From NCBI GenBank assembly GCA_034434975.1, contig DAOTYP010000005.1, forward strand, positions 1 to 49,413: a stretch of 49,413 bases of DNA, given 5' to 3'. Position 1 is the first letter of the stretch, and each line of letters starts with the position of its first letter. The notes under the pieces were generated by a model. It was not told the DNA's origin. It saw only the letters and a list, made by a program, of their open reading frames with translations, and ran no database searches. A program made the position numbers and the translations under genes. Below, piece after piece: positions 8,813 to 18,502 of this stretch. This DNA comes from Anaerolineae bacterium (GTDB taxonomy: Bacteria; Chloroflexota; Anaerolineae; JADYZS01).

Positions 8813-9436
8813 ATGCTTGGCACCGAAAACTTGGTCGTCCTTTTAGCGATCTTAGCCCTGTTCGGCTATCATGGCTATCGGCGCGGCGTGCAACTGGAAG
8901 CCGTGTTCACCTTCACCATCGTCGGCGCGCGCATCTTGATCACCCATTTTGGCAACGACATCACCGAGTATGCCAACAACTTGTATTGGGTTGTGCAGTT
9001 TGTCCTGGCAGGCGGCTTAGGAGCCAGCGATCCCGGCAGGTTCTTACAAAGCGTCCAGCGCACAACAGCGCCGCTCGTCTCCAAGGCGTCTCAAGAGGTG
9101 TTCCTGATCATCTTCTTCCTCGTCATCATCGGTCTGGTCTACTGGCTCAGCCGTCTCATCTGGAAGATGGCCAAATCGTGGGTTGGGGGCATGTTGGGCG
9201 CGCTGAACGGCTATTTGCTCCTCTACTACTTTCTCCCACTCCTGGGAGGCAAGGCACCAGAGGCGGCGGAACTGGCTCGCACCACCACCGACCGCGCCGC
9301 CGATCTGGTCGGCAGCACGCCGGTCCGCGCCCTAACCAAACAGGACGGAGCCTCCGCCCTCTTGCTGGTGATCATCATGGTCGTGGTGGTCGTCGCAGCC
9401 CGATCCGTACAGCCAAGCAAAGGCAAACAGGAGTAA
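8813..9436 (+). CDS. Integral membrane protein, CvpA-like (weak)
   Basis: ATG lies 2 nt after the murG stop. There are several hydrophobic helices. The N-terminal pattern TM-GYRRGVQLE resembles the CvpA family TM-(I/V)RG(F/Y)xxE block. Family call made by eye. Confidence 0.5.
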   Translation: MLGTENLVVLLAILALFGYHGYRRGVQLEAVFTFTIVGARILITHFGNDITEYANNLYWVVQFVLAGGLGASDPGRFLQSVQRTTAPLVSKASQEVFLIIFFLVIIGLVYWLSRLIWKMAKSWVGGMLGALNGYLLLYYFLPLLGGKAPEAAELARTTTDRAADLVGSTPVRALTKQDGASALLLVIIMVVVVVAARSVQPSKGKQE

Positions 9437-9440
9437 GCCT

Positions 9441-9980
9441 GTGGGGCCGATTGAGCTGGTCTGGGGGGTGATCCTTCTCTTCTTCGCCATCGTGGGCCTG
9501 GTGAGAGGCTACGCCAAAGAGCTGGGCTCAACGCTGGTGATCCTGGTCGCCATCTTTGTTCTGACCCAGTTCGGCGAGGCGGCGCTGCAGCTCCTCCCGC
9601 CGCGCGTGGGGGAGATCGTCGGCCTTTCGGATTCCCCCCAAGAGCTGAACCTGCTGAAGTTGCTCATGATCGCGGGGGCCTTTGTCGTCATCCTCTACGC
9701 CGCGTACCAGGGTGAGACGTTGGCCTTTGAAGGGAGAAGCGCGTCGGGAGCGGAGGGCGCGGTTCTCAGCCTGATGCTGGGCCTGATCAACGGCTACCTG
9801 GTGGCCGGAACGCTTTGGTACTACCTGGACCTTTACCGGTATCCGATAGGGAGCCTGTTCCAGCCGCCGTTGAGCCCGTTGGCCCAAGCCATCATCCCTT
9901 ACCTGCCGCCCAACGTCCTCAGCCCCGGCGCGCTGACGGCGCTGATCGCCCTGATGATTCTGTTGAGGGTCCGGCGATGA
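9441..9980 (+). CDS. Integral membrane protein, CvpA-like
   Basis: GTG 9441 lies 4 nt after the previous stop. The N-terminus VILLFFAIVGLVRGYAKELGSTLVILVAIFV matches the CvpA-type TM1-RGFxxE block. There are 4-5 predicted TM helices. The stop overlaps the murC start (ATGA at 9977-9980). Confidence 0.55.
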   Translation: MGPIELVWGVILLFFAIVGLVRGYAKELGSTLVILVAIFVLTQFGEAALQLLPPRVGEIVGLSDSPQELNLLKLLMIAGAFVVILYAAYQGETLAFEGRSASGAEGAVLSLMLGLINGYLVAGTLWYYLDLYRYPIGSLFQPPLSPLAQAIIPYLPPNVLSPGALTALIALMILLRVRR

Positions 9981-11410
9981 GCGAGGCGTGGCAACGGCTG
10001 CTACAGAGACCCAGATGGGCACGCGGGGCGGTCCACATCCACCTGGTAGGCATCGGCGGCGCGGGCCTGTCGGCCATCGCCACCGTGCTGCATGAGGAAG
10101 GATATACCGTATCGGGTTGCGATCGCGCGCCGTCCGCCGTGACCGCAGGACTGGCACAGAGGGGTATCGTCGTCCATCAAGGCCACGCTGCTGCACACCT
10201 GGCAGGCGTCAGCCTGGTCTTGGCCTCCTCGGCGGTGCCACCCGACGCACCGGAACTCGCCGCGGCGCGAGCGAACGGCATCCCCGTGCTCAGACGAGGT
10301 GAGCTCTTGGCGGAACTGATGCGGGGACGTGTAAGGGTGGCGGTGGCCGGCACGCACGGCAAGACGACAACTACCGGCATGATCGCCTGGGTGCTGACGC
10401 AAGCCGGGCGCGATCCTACTTTCATCGTCGGCGGCCACCTCCCTGACCTGGGAACGAACGCCCGCGCCGGCCGCGGCCTTGCCTTCGTGATAGAGGCCGA
10501 TGAGTACGACCGCATGTTCCTCGGCCTCACGCCTACCGTCGCGGTCATCACGGCCGTGGAATGGGATCATCCCGACTGCTACCCGACGCCGGAGGCGTTC
10601 CTGGCCGCCTTCGCCTCCTTCATTGCCCGCGTGCCGGCAGAAGGTTGGATCATCGGCTGCATGGATGACCCGGGCGTGCAGAGGTTGCGGCTAGGCTGCG
10701 CGGCCCAAGGCCAGTGGGAAGGCTACGGGCTGGAGACGAAGGCCGAGTGGCAGGCAATGGACGTAAGGCCCAACGCGCAGGGAGGCAGCGACTTCACCGT
10801 GCTCCGTTTAGGGCAGCGCCGCGCGCAGGTGAGCCTGGCCCTCCCCGGAAAACACAACGTTCGCGACGCGTTGGCGGCCCTGGCAGCCGTAGCACATCTA
10901 GGGGTAGAGGTGGAGGAAGCAGCCCACATCTTGCGATCTTTCCATGGGGCAACACGGCGGTTTGAGGTCAAAGGCGAGGTTGATGGTATAATGGTAATAG
11001 ACGACTACGGCCATCACCCGACTGAGATTCAGGCCACGCTGGCGGCGGCCCGCCAACGCTTCCCCGGTCGGGCTATTTGGGCGGTCTTCCAGCCCCACAC
11101 GTTCAGCCGCACCCGCGCGCTGCTGGACGAATTCGCCGCCGCTTTTGCCGACGCCGATCACGTTATCATCACCGACATCTACGCTGCTCGCGAGCGAGAC
11201 GACCTAGGGATGCATGCCTCTCACATCGTTGGACACATGAGCCATCCGGACGCGCGCTACATTGGTAATCTTGACGAAGTGGTGGTATACTTATTGCGCA
11301 GCCTCCGCCCTGGCGACGTTCTGATCACCCTGGGCGCGGGCGACGGCTATCTGGTAGGAGAGCAAGTGCTGGCAGGGCTACGAGAGAGGACACAGACGCC
11401 ACGGGGGTGA
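9977..11410 (+). CDS. murC: UDP-N-acetylmuramate--L-alanine ligase
   Basis: ATG 9977 gives HIHLVGIGGAGLSAIA (MurC N-terminal Rossmann loop). P-loop VAGTHGKTTTTGM is present, followed by DDYGHHPTEI. The ORF-track start at 9815 is a frame extension through the upstream gene. Confidence 0.9.
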   Translation: MSEAWQRLLQRPRWARGAVHIHLVGIGGAGLSAIATVLHEEGYTVSGCDRAPSAVTAGLAQRGIVVHQGHAAAHLAGVSLVLASSAVPPDAPELAAARANGIPVLRRGELLAELMRGRVRVAVAGTHGKTTTTGMIAWVLTQAGRDPTFIVGGHLPDLGTNARAGRGLAFVIEADEYDRMFLGLTPTVAVITAVEWDHPDCYPTPEAFLAAFASFIARVPAEGWIIGCMDDPGVQRLRLGCAAQGQWEGYGLETKAEWQAMDVRPNAQGGSDFTVLRLGQRRAQVSLALPGKHNVRDALAALAAVAHLGVEVEEAAHILRSFHGATRRFEVKGEVDGIMVIDDYGHHPTEIQATLAAARQRFPGRAIWAVFQPHTFSRTRALLDEFAAAFADADHVIITDIYAARERDDLGMHASHIVGHMSHPDARYIGNLDEVVVYLLRSLRPGDVLITLGAGDGYLVGEQVLAGLRERTQTPRG

Positions 11411-12336
11411 GCACGTCCACCGCGACCGCTACCTTCATCGGTGAGGCGCAGCGGCTTTTCGGCGACAGGTTGCTTGCCGGCGAGCCCCTGGCCAGGCACA
11501 CTACCTTCCGCATCGGCGGGCCGGCCGATTGGTTTCTCCCCGTTGCGACGACGGCGGAACTGGCCCAGGCGGTGGGATTGGCGAGGGCGCATCGGGTGCC
11601 GTTTTTCATCCTGGGCGGCGGCAGCAACATCCTCGTGGCCGACGCGGGCATAGAAGGGCTGGTGATCGCGGTCCGCTGCCGCAGGACGGAGATACGACCA
11701 GGTGGGCTCCTTTACGCCGAAGCGGGGGCAGCGCTGGCAGGGGTGGCCCGCACGGCGATGCGGGTTGGCCTGGGCGGCTTGGAATGGGCGGTGAGCGTTC
11801 CCGGCACGGTGGGCGGCGCGGTGGTCGGCAACGCCGGGGCTCACGGCAGTTGTGTGGCCGATAGCCTGGAGACGGCAACCCTCCTCTCTCCCGCTGGCGA
11901 GGTGCAACGCCATCCGGTCGGCTGGTTTCGCTACGGCTATCGCCAAAGCCGCCTGAAGAACCAGCCCACTGAGGAGGCTTACATCGTGTTGGCCGCCGAG
12001 TTCCGCCTGCAGCCGGCGCCGACGGCGGAGTTAGAGGCGAGGGCAGAGGAATTCCTGACGCGGCGGCGCGCCACGCAGCCTACGGAGGCGAGCGTCGGCT
12101 CCGTCTTCAAGAACCCGACGGGCGACTATGCCGGAAGGCTCATAGAGGCCGCGGGGCTCAAAGGCCATCGGCTCGGCCAGGCCCAAATCTCGCCCGTCCA
12201 TGCTAACTTTATTGTGAACCTGGGCGGAGCCTCGGCGACGGAGGTGTGGCGCCTCATCCAACTGGCCCGGGAGACGGTAGCCTCCCGCTTCGGCATCCGT
12301 TTGGAGTTGGAGATCTTGCGTGTTGGGCGCTGGTAG
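11407..12336 (+). CDS. murB: UDP-N-acetylenolpyruvoylglucosamine reductase
   Basis: GTG 11407 overlaps the murC stop (GTGA). FAD-binding blocks are present: [12 protein letters not shown] and [12 protein letters not shown]. The C-terminal block GSVFKNP...AGRLIE is also present. Confidence 0.9.
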   Translation: MSTSTATATFIGEAQRLFGDRLLAGEPLARHTTFRIGGPADWFLPVATTAELAQAVGLARAHRVPFFILGGGSNILVADAGIEGLVIAVRCRRTEIRPGGLLYAEAGAALAGVARTAMRVGLGGLEWAVSVPGTVGGAVVGNAGAHGSCVADSLETATLLSPAGEVQRHPVGWFRYGYRQSRLKNQPTEEAYIVLAAEFRLQPAPTAELEARAEEFLTRRRATQPTEASVGSVFKNPTGDYAGRLIEAAGLKGHRLGQAQISPVHANFIVNLGGASATEVWRLIQLARETVASRFGIRLELEILRVGRW

Positions 12337-12370
12337 CGCCTACACTGTAAACTGTCTTGAGGAAACGGCC

Positions 12371-13537
12371 ATGAGCAGACGCTTGCGGGTGGGGGTGATC
12401 TTCGGTGGACGTTCCGGCGAGCATGAGGTCTCGCTGGCCTCCGCGCGCTCCGTCATGGCCGCGATGGACAAGACGAAGTATGAACCGATCCCCATCGGCA
12501 TCACCAAGGAGGGACGCTGGCTCCTCGCCGGCGAGCCGCTGCGGGTGTTGGAAGAGGCGGTGAAGCACGGCCCACATGCCTTGGCGGCCGAGGCCCGGGC
12601 GCTGCCCTCCCGTGAACTCATCCCGATCAGCGACGACGGCTCATCGGGGGCTATATCTCGCCCTTCACCTCTGGCCTCGCTGGACGTCGTCTTCCCCGTG
12701 TTGCACGGCCCGTACGGCGAAGACGGCACGGTGCAGGGCCTGCTGGAACTGGCCGACATCCCTTACGTCGGCGCAGGTGTTCTCGCCTCCGCCGTTGGCA
12801 TGGACAAGGCCGTGATGAAGGACATCTTCAAGGCTCACGACCTACCGATCACGCGCCACCAAGTCATCCTCCGCAAGACCTGGGAGGCCGACCCCGCGCG
12901 CGTGGTGCGCGAGGCGGAGAGCGCCTTCGGCTATCCCTGTTTCATCAAGCCCGCCTGCCTTGGCTCCAGCGTGGGGGTCACCAAGGCCCATGACCGAGCC
13001 GAACTAGAAGCAGGGCTGGCCGAGGCCGCGCGCTACGACCGCAAGCTCATCGTTGAAGAGGCCGTGCCTCACGCGCGAGAGATAGAATGCAGCGTCTTGG
13101 GCAACGACGATCCCCTCGCGTCTGTGCCGGGAGAGGTCATCCCCAGCCGCGAATTCTACGACTACGCGGCGAAGTACCTGGATAACGCCTCGCAATTGTT
13201 GATCCCGGCTCCGCTGCCGTCGGCCCTGACCGCACGGATCCGCGCGCTGGCCATCGCCGCGTTCAAGGCCATAGACTGCGCCGGCATGGCGCGGGTGGAT
13301 TTCCTGTTGGATGGCCTCAACGGCGAACTCTACCTGAACGAGGTCAACACCATCCCGGGCTTCACCGCGATCTCCATGTACCCTAAGTTATGGGAGGCCA
13401 GTGGGATCTCATACCCTGAACTGATTGACCGCCTGATCGCGCTGGCGCTGGAGCGCCACGCCGACCGCGCCCGCTCGGCAACCACCTATCTAGGCCGTGC
13501 CCTCGGCGCACAGGAGCAAGGAGAAACTTCATGCTAA
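12371..13537 (+). CDS. ddl: D-alanine--D-alanine ligase
   Basis: ATG 12371 gives [20 protein letters not shown]. Further blocks are [17 protein letters not shown] and the ATP-grasp C-terminus ARVDFLLDG...[13 protein letters not shown]. Confidence 0.9.
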   Translation: MSRRLRVGVIFGGRSGEHEVSLASARSVMAAMDKTKYEPIPIGITKEGRWLLAGEPLRVLEEAVKHGPHALAAEARALPSRELIPISDDGSSGAISRPSPLASLDVVFPVLHGPYGEDGTVQGLLELADIPYVGAGVLASAVGMDKAVMKDIFKAHDLPITRHQVILRKTWEADPARVVREAESAFGYPCFIKPACLGSSVGVTKAHDRAELEAGLAEAARYDRKLIVEEAVPHAREIECSVLGNDDPLASVPGEVIPSREFYDYAAKYLDNASQLLIPAPLPSALTARIRALAIAAFKAIDCAGMARVDFLLDGLNGELYLNEVNTIPGFTAISMYPKLWEASGISYPELIDRLIALALERHADRARSATTYLGRALGAQEQGETSC

Positions 13538-14805
13538 CCTCCCGTGAGCGCGTGACGATGGCCCTTGATCATAAAGACCCTGACCGCGTGCCCTTAGATT
13601 TGGGCGGCACTTCGGTCTCAGGGATGCACGTCAGTTCCGTGTATTTACTGCGGCAGGCCCTGCATCTAGATCCACCCGGCACACCGGTCAAGGTGATAGA
13701 GCCGTTCCAGATGCTTGGCGAGATCAAACCGGATCTGATAGACGCGCTAGGCGTGGATGTGGTGCCGTTGCGGACGACGCAGACCCCCTTCGGCTTCCGG
13801 AACGAGGGCTGGAAACCATGGCACCTCTTTGACGGTACGCCGGTGCTGGTCCCGGCGGGCTTCAACACCGAGCCGGAACCGAACGGTGACATCTTGATGT
13901 ATCCGCAGGGAGATCGTTCAGCACCGCCGAGTGGCCGCATGCCGAAGGGCGGCTTCTACTTTGATGCCATCATCCGCCAGCCGCCCATAGATGAAGCGCG
14001 CCTGAACCCCGAGGACAACTTAGGGGAATTTGGCCCGATCAGCCCCGAAGATCTGGAATACCTGCGAAGCGAGGCCGAACGGCTCTACACCCAGACCGAC
14101 AAAGCCATCGTCATTCACGTAGGCGGTACGGCCTTTGGCGATATCGCACGGGTGCCCGGGACGGGACTCAAGTACCCCAAAGGGATTCGCGATGTGGAGG
14201 AGTGGTACATCAGCCTGACGAGTCGTCGCTCCTACATCTATCGCGTGTTTGAACGACAATGCGAGATCGCCCTTGCCAATTTGGAGAAGGTATGGCAGGC
14301 GGTGGGGAATCGGGTTTCCGTGGTGTACCTGACGGGCACAGACTTTGGGGCCCAAACCGGGCCTTTCGTCTCGCCCAAGACCTATCGCGACTTGTTCATG
14401 CCCTTTCATCGCCAACTCAACGATTGGATACATCGGCACACGGCCTGGAAATCATTCATCCACTCGTGCGGCTCGGTGATGGCGCTGATCCCACATTTCA
14501 TTGAAGCGGGGTTTGACATCTTGAATCCGGTGCAGGTCTCGGCTGCAGATATGGACCCAGGCCAGTTGAAAGCGCGTTTTGGTGACCGCATCACCTTCTG
14601 GGGCGGAGGAGTGGATACCCAACACACCCTACCTTTGGACACACCGGAGGAGGTGCGAAAGCAGGTGCGAGAACGTCTCTCTATCTTTGGGCGTGGCGGC
14701 GGTTACGTCTTTGCTGCGATCCACAACGTCCAGGCGTGCGTGCCTGTGGAGAACATACTGGCAATGTACGAGACGGTCCGAGAATACGGACGGTATCCGC
14801 TCTAG
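13531..14805 (+). CDS. Uroporphyrinogen-decarboxylase (URO-D) family protein (MtaA/CmuA-like fold), function unknown
   Basis: 424-aa ORF whose ATG overlaps the ddl stop (ATGCTAA, 7-nt overlap). The N-terminus SRERVTMALDHKDPDRVPLDLGG is typical of non-HemE members of the URO-D superfamily, as are the C-terminal blocks HSCGSV...AGFDILNPVQ and GGGYVFAAIHNVQ. Call made by eye. Confidence 0.7.
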   Translation: MLTSRERVTMALDHKDPDRVPLDLGGTSVSGMHVSSVYLLRQALHLDPPGTPVKVIEPFQMLGEIKPDLIDALGVDVVPLRTTQTPFGFRNEGWKPWHLFDGTPVLVPAGFNTEPEPNGDILMYPQGDRSAPPSGRMPKGGFYFDAIIRQPPIDEARLNPEDNLGEFGPISPEDLEYLRSEAERLYTQTDKAIVIHVGGTAFGDIARVPGTGLKYPKGIRDVEEWYISLTSRRSYIYRVFERQCEIALANLEKVWQAVGNRVSVVYLTGTDFGAQTGPFVSPKTYRDLFMPFHRQLNDWIHRHTAWKSFIHSCGSVMALIPHFIEAGFDILNPVQVSAADMDPGQLKARFGDRITFWGGGVDTQHTLPLDTPEEVRKQVRERLSIFGRGGGYVFAAIHNVQACVPVENILAMYETVREYGRYPL

Positions 14806-14850
14806 AGAAGGAACCGGCCGTTCAGGCCGGACAAAGGACGTAGGACATCT

Positions 14851-15675
14851 ATGCCGGCTTACCCTTCTACAATGACCCGCTATCGCGCGGCTTCTCGCCG
14901 ATCTTCCCGGCATGAGCCGGAGACGCGTCGCCAGCGACGCTATCGCGATGAGATACCTGTGCAACGTCCGTTGGCGCGACCACGGCCGGCTTTGCGCTTC
15001 TCCGCCAGCCGGGTCCTGGCCCTGATCCTGGCAGGGGTCATCGCCTTTGGCCTTGGCCAACTCCTGTCAAACGATCTTTTCTACGTCTATTCTGTCCAGG
15101 TTACAGGCAACCGCCTTCTGTCGGAAGGAGAAATCTTTGAGCAGAGCGGCATCGCAGGCCACAACATCTTTGGGGTGCGACCCCAACAGGTCAGCGCAGC
15201 CCTGATGGCCGATCCTTATGTCAAATCGGCGCGGGTGCAAGTAGGGCTGCCCAACCGCGTCCGCATTACCATCGTGGAGCGCGAGCCGCGCCTGGCCTGG
15301 GATGTCAACGGCACCGTCGTCTGGGCAGACGGCGAAGGGGTGATCCTGCCGCCTCGGGAAGGAAACGGCGAACTCGTGACCCTGGTGGACCCCGCCGGCG
15401 AAGCGGCGCTGGACGAAGGGCGCCTGCGCCCTGAGGTTGTCGCAAGTGCGTTGGAGATCCACCGGCTTCTGCCCGAACTCAAAACTTTCCGGTACGCCCG
15501 CAACCTAGGCTTACATTTTCAACTGCCTGGAGGCACGGTCTGCTACATGGGCGAAAAGGGCGACATGGCCACCAAAGTGGCCCTGCTGACCGCGCTGCGT
15601 CAGAACCTGGCCGCCCGACGAGTGCAGCCGCAGTTGATAGACCTACGATATGAAAGCAGCCCGTACTATCGGTGA
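14851..15675 (+). CDS. ftsQ: Cell division protein FtsQ/DivIB
   Basis: Basic cytoplasmic tail, a single TM (VLALILAGVIAFGLGQLL), then a POTRA-like block (VYSVQVTGNRLLSEGEIFEQSGI...NIF) and an FtsQ-type beta domain. It lies between ddl and ftsA. Confidence 0.8.
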   Translation: MPAYPSTMTRYRAASRRSSRHEPETRRQRRYRDEIPVQRPLARPRPALRFSASRVLALILAGVIAFGLGQLLSNDLFYVYSVQVTGNRLLSEGEIFEQSGIAGHNIFGVRPQQVSAALMADPYVKSARVQVGLPNRVRITIVEREPRLAWDVNGTVVWADGEGVILPPREGNGELVTLVDPAGEAALDEGRLRPEVVASALEIHRLLPELKTFRYARNLGLHFQLPGGTVCYMGEKGDMATKVALLTALRQNLAARRVQPQLIDLRYESSPYYR

Positions 15676-15732
15676 TCGGCGTGCCTTAGCGGCGCGCCCC
15701 GTGCGACGAAGGCGCAGGAGAGGTCGTCTCCG

Positions 15733-16992
15733 ATGACTCTGAGTCGGCAAGGCCGTCAAGCCGGTGAATTGATCGCCGCGATAGACATCGGCACCAGCAA
15801 GATCTGCGCGCTGGTAGCCGAACTGCGCGGCCCCAACGATCTGCGCATCATCGCCTCCGGCCAGGTGCCCTCGCGCGGGTTTAGCAAGGGCCTGGTGGAC
15901 AACATGCAACAGGCGACGGCCGCCATCGGCGAAGCCATTAGCGAGGTGGAACGCCGCGCCGCCGTGCAGATTGATCGCGCCTACGTGGGCATCGCCGGCA
16001 GCCACATTGAGACCCTCACCGCCCATGCGCCGCTCACCGTCGCGCGCCCCCACCGCGGCGTCACGCAGGACGACATAGATCGCGTCCTGGAGGGCGCGCG
16101 CGCCAACGCCGCCGTCGCTTCTAATCGCGTGGTGATCCACGTCCTCCCCCGCTCCTACACGCTGGACGGTCAGAAGAACATCCACGACCCCTTAGGCATG
16201 CGCGGGTACCGCTTGGAGGTAGATGCCATCGTGATCACCGGCGCCGAGGCCGCCGTCGGCAACCTGGTGGAATGCGTCCAGGCTCACGGCATCCAGATAG
16301 AGGACTTGGTGCTGGAGCCGCTGGCCTCCGGTGAAGCGGTGCTGACCCAAGCGGAGCGACAATTGGGTGTAGCGATCGCCGACATCGGCGCCGGCACCAC
16401 AGACCTGGCCATCTTCCTGGATGGGACGCTGTGGCACACGCGCATCCTAGACGTGGGCGGCGATCACCTCACCCGCGACCTCGCCGTCGCGCTCCACGCG
16501 CCCATCCCCACGGCGGAGGCGGTGAAGATCCGCTATGGGCATGTCTTGCCGACCCAGGTGTCGCCGGATGATCGCATCCCGGTCTCGGTTTTCGGCGAGA
16601 ACGGCGTGCAGCCGTTCTCCCGCCTATACGTGGCCGACGTGTTGCGGGCTCGGGCCGAAGAGATCTTGGAACTGGTGTTGAAGGAGGTGAAACGGTCAGG
16701 GTACGATGGTTTGTTACCGGCCGGGATCGTCCTGACCGGGGGCGTGGCCCAGATGCCGGGCCTGCGTCAACTCGGCCGCGAGATGTTACAACTGCCGGTG
16801 CGGGTCGGAGCGCCGAACGGGCTGGCCGGCCTGAGCGAGGAGATGCGCCAGCCGGCTTACGCGACCACGGTGGGCCTCCTCCTGTGGGCGCTGCGGTTTG
16901 GCCGGTCTCTGAGCGCTGAAGGCGCCCACGCGCCCAGGCCTCCGCTGCTGGACCGCATCGTGCAGTGGCTTCGCAATCTCTTACCGGAGTGA
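15733..16992 (+). CDS. ftsA: Cell division protein FtsA (actin-like ATPase)
   Basis: Actin-fold phosphate loops are present: AAIDIGTSKICALVAE and IADIGAGTTDLAIF. The block GIVLTGGVAQMPGL is present. The C-terminal amphipathic tail is LLDRIVQWLRNLL. Confidence 0.9.
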   Translation: MTLSRQGRQAGELIAAIDIGTSKICALVAELRGPNDLRIIASGQVPSRGFSKGLVDNMQQATAAIGEAISEVERRAAVQIDRAYVGIAGSHIETLTAHAPLTVARPHRGVTQDDIDRVLEGARANAAVASNRVVIHVLPRSYTLDGQKNIHDPLGMRGYRLEVDAIVITGAEAAVGNLVECVQAHGIQIEDLVLEPLASGEAVLTQAERQLGVAIADIGAGTTDLAIFLDGTLWHTRILDVGGDHLTRDLAVALHAPIPTAEAVKIRYGHVLPTQVSPDDRIPVSVFGENGVQPFSRLYVADVLRARAEEILELVLKEVKRSGYDGLLPAGIVLTGGVAQMPGLRQLGREMLQLPVRVGAPNGLAGLSEEMRQPAYATTVGLLLWALRFGRSLSAEGAHAPRPPLLDRIVQWLRNLLPE

Positions 16993-16998
16993 ACCGCC

Positions 16999-18303
16999 GT
17001 GACAGACCTGATGGAGCGCAAAGATAAGACCACCGTAGAACAGGCCATCAGCAAAGCCGCTGAAACCGGTGGCGTGCAGCGACCGTCGCCTGAGGCTGCA
17101 CCCCCGGCAGGAAACAGACGCTCAGGCGAGAGCGAGTCTCCAGGAAGGAGCGATGGTATGGGACGTGGCACCAGCGCGAAAGGGCAAACCCCTACGTATG
17201 TGGAGAACCTGGCCCAGATCAAGGTGATCGGCGTGGGGGGCGGAGGCCAGAACGCGGTCAACCGCATGATAGAAGAAGGGATCCAAGGCGTGGAGTTCGT
17301 CGCCGTCAACACCGACGCCCAGGCCTTGATGTTGTCTCAAGCCCCACGGCGGGTGCGCATCGGCGACAAACTGACCAAGGGCCTGGGTTCAGGCGGCGAT
17401 CCGGTCACGGGCGAGAAGGCCGCAGAGGAGTCCGCCGAGGAGATCCGGGAACTGATCAAAGGGGCCGACATGGTCTTCATCACATGCGGCCTGGGCGGGG
17501 GCACCGGCACGGGCGCGGCACCGGTCCTGGCGCGCATCGCGCGCGAGGCCGGCGCGCTGACCGTCGGCGTCGTGACCCGTCCCTTCACCTTTGAGGGCGC
17601 ACGCCGCCGCCAGGTAGCCGAGGAAGGCCTGAAAAAGTTGCGGGAGAACGTAGATACCCTGATCGTGATCCCCAACGACCGTCTCCTGCAAATCGTGGAC
17701 AAAAAGGCATCCATCCAAGCCGCCTTCCGCGTGGCCGACGACGTGTTGCGCCAGGGCATCCAGGGCATCTCCGAGATCATCACGGTCCCCGGACTCATCA
17801 ATGTAGATTTCAACGATGTGCGCAAGATCATGGCCGAGGGCGGCTCCGCCCTGATGTCCATCGGCCGCGGCCGTGGCGAGAACCGGGCCGAGGAGGCAGC
17901 CAACCAGGCCGTTACCAACTCCCTCCTGGACGTTACCATTGACGGCGCGCGCGGCATCCTGTTCAACGTAACAGGTGGCCCCGACCTCACCCTATTTGAG
18001 GTCAACCAGGCCGCCGAGATCATCAGCCGCCATGCACATCCCGAGGCCAACATCATCTTCGGTGCGGTCATCAATCAGGACATGTCCGACGAGATGCGCA
18101 TCACCGTCATCGCCACTGGCTTCCAGGGAGCCTCGGAGCAGAAGCAGCCGACGCTGTCCGTCGTCAAACCGGCCCAGCAGCCCACGCCTTCTGCCGGCAA
18201 GATCACCGATTTTCCGGTGCGCACCTTTGACCGGGATGATCTAGACGTCCCAGCCTTCCTCCGTCGGGCCGGACGCGGCGCCGGCCAGTCGCCACAACAG
18301 TAG
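16999..18303 (+). CDS. ftsZ: Cell division GTPase FtsZ
   Basis: [17 protein letters not shown] and the tubulin signature [11 protein letters not shown] are present. The C-terminal peptide is [11 protein letters not shown]. The longest ORF starts at GTG 16999. An internal ATG at 17158 has a much better SD (GGAAGGAG at 17143-17150) and would remove a 53-aa low-complexity N-tail. Confidence 0.93.
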   Translation: MTDLMERKDKTTVEQAISKAAETGGVQRPSPEAAPPAGNRRSGESESPGRSDGMGRGTSAKGQTPTYVENLAQIKVIGVGGGGQNAVNRMIEEGIQGVEFVAVNTDAQALMLSQAPRRVRIGDKLTKGLGSGGDPVTGEKAAEESAEEIRELIKGADMVFITCGLGGGTGTGAAPVLARIAREAGALTVGVVTRPFTFEGARRRQVAEEGLKKLRENVDTLIVIPNDRLLQIVDKKASIQAAFRVADDVLRQGIQGISEIITVPGLINVDFNDVRKIMAEGGSALMSIGRGRGENRAEEAANQAVTNSLLDVTIDGARGILFNVTGGPDLTLFEVNQAAEIISRHAHPEANIIFGAVINQDMSDEMRITVIATGFQGASEQKQPTLSVVKPAQQPTPSAGKITDFPVRTFDRDDLDVPAFLRRAGRGAGQSPQQ

Positions 18304-18319
18304 CCTCCTTCCACCCTGC

Positions 18320-18359
18320 GGAGGCCCGCGCGGCCTTGTCCCCGGCTGCGCGGGCCTCC
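18320..18359 (+). terminator. Hairpin terminator closing the dcw string
   Basis: Perfect 12-bp GC-rich stem: GGAGGCCCGCGC (18320-18331) pairs with GCGCGGGCCTCC (18348-18359), with a 16-nt loop. It lies 17 nt after the ftsZ stop. An A/T-rich stretch (AAAATTTT) follows about 20 nt downstream rather than an immediate U-tract. Confidence 0.6.
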
Positions 18360-18408
18360 ACGCATCCTTAAAGAAACCTTAAAATTTTGTCCTTGGGCCG
18401 TCCAGGTC

Positions 18409-18437
18409 TTGCTTGGTCGGAGATTTTGTGCTATATT
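18409..18437 (+). promoter_or_regulatory. sigma70-type promoter of nrdR
   Basis: -35 TTGCTT (18409-18414), 17-nt spacer, extended -10 TGC-TATATT (18432-18437). It sits in the only AT-rich patch between ftsZ and nrdR. Confidence 0.6.
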
Positions 18438-18446
18438 ATCTTTGCA

Positions 18447-18462
18447 CCACTAGATGTTGTGG
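18447..18462 (+). promoter_or_regulatory. Candidate NrdR box
   Basis: CCACTAGATGTTGTGG matches about 12/16 positions of the published NrdR-box palindrome (acaCwAtATaTwGtgt). It lies just downstream of the -10 element, about 40 nt upstream of the nrdR start. I could find only one convincing box. Confidence 0.4.
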
Positions 18463-18502
18463 TTATAGTCAACCAAGGTACGATTCATGGACGGTTGATC
18501 CT

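Noticed and set aside
18426-18441. Second NrdR box 21 nt upstream of the candidate box.
   Set aside because: TTGTGCTATATTATCT matches only about 8/16 consensus positions and lacks the ACAC/GTGT arms, so I cannot support a tandem box.
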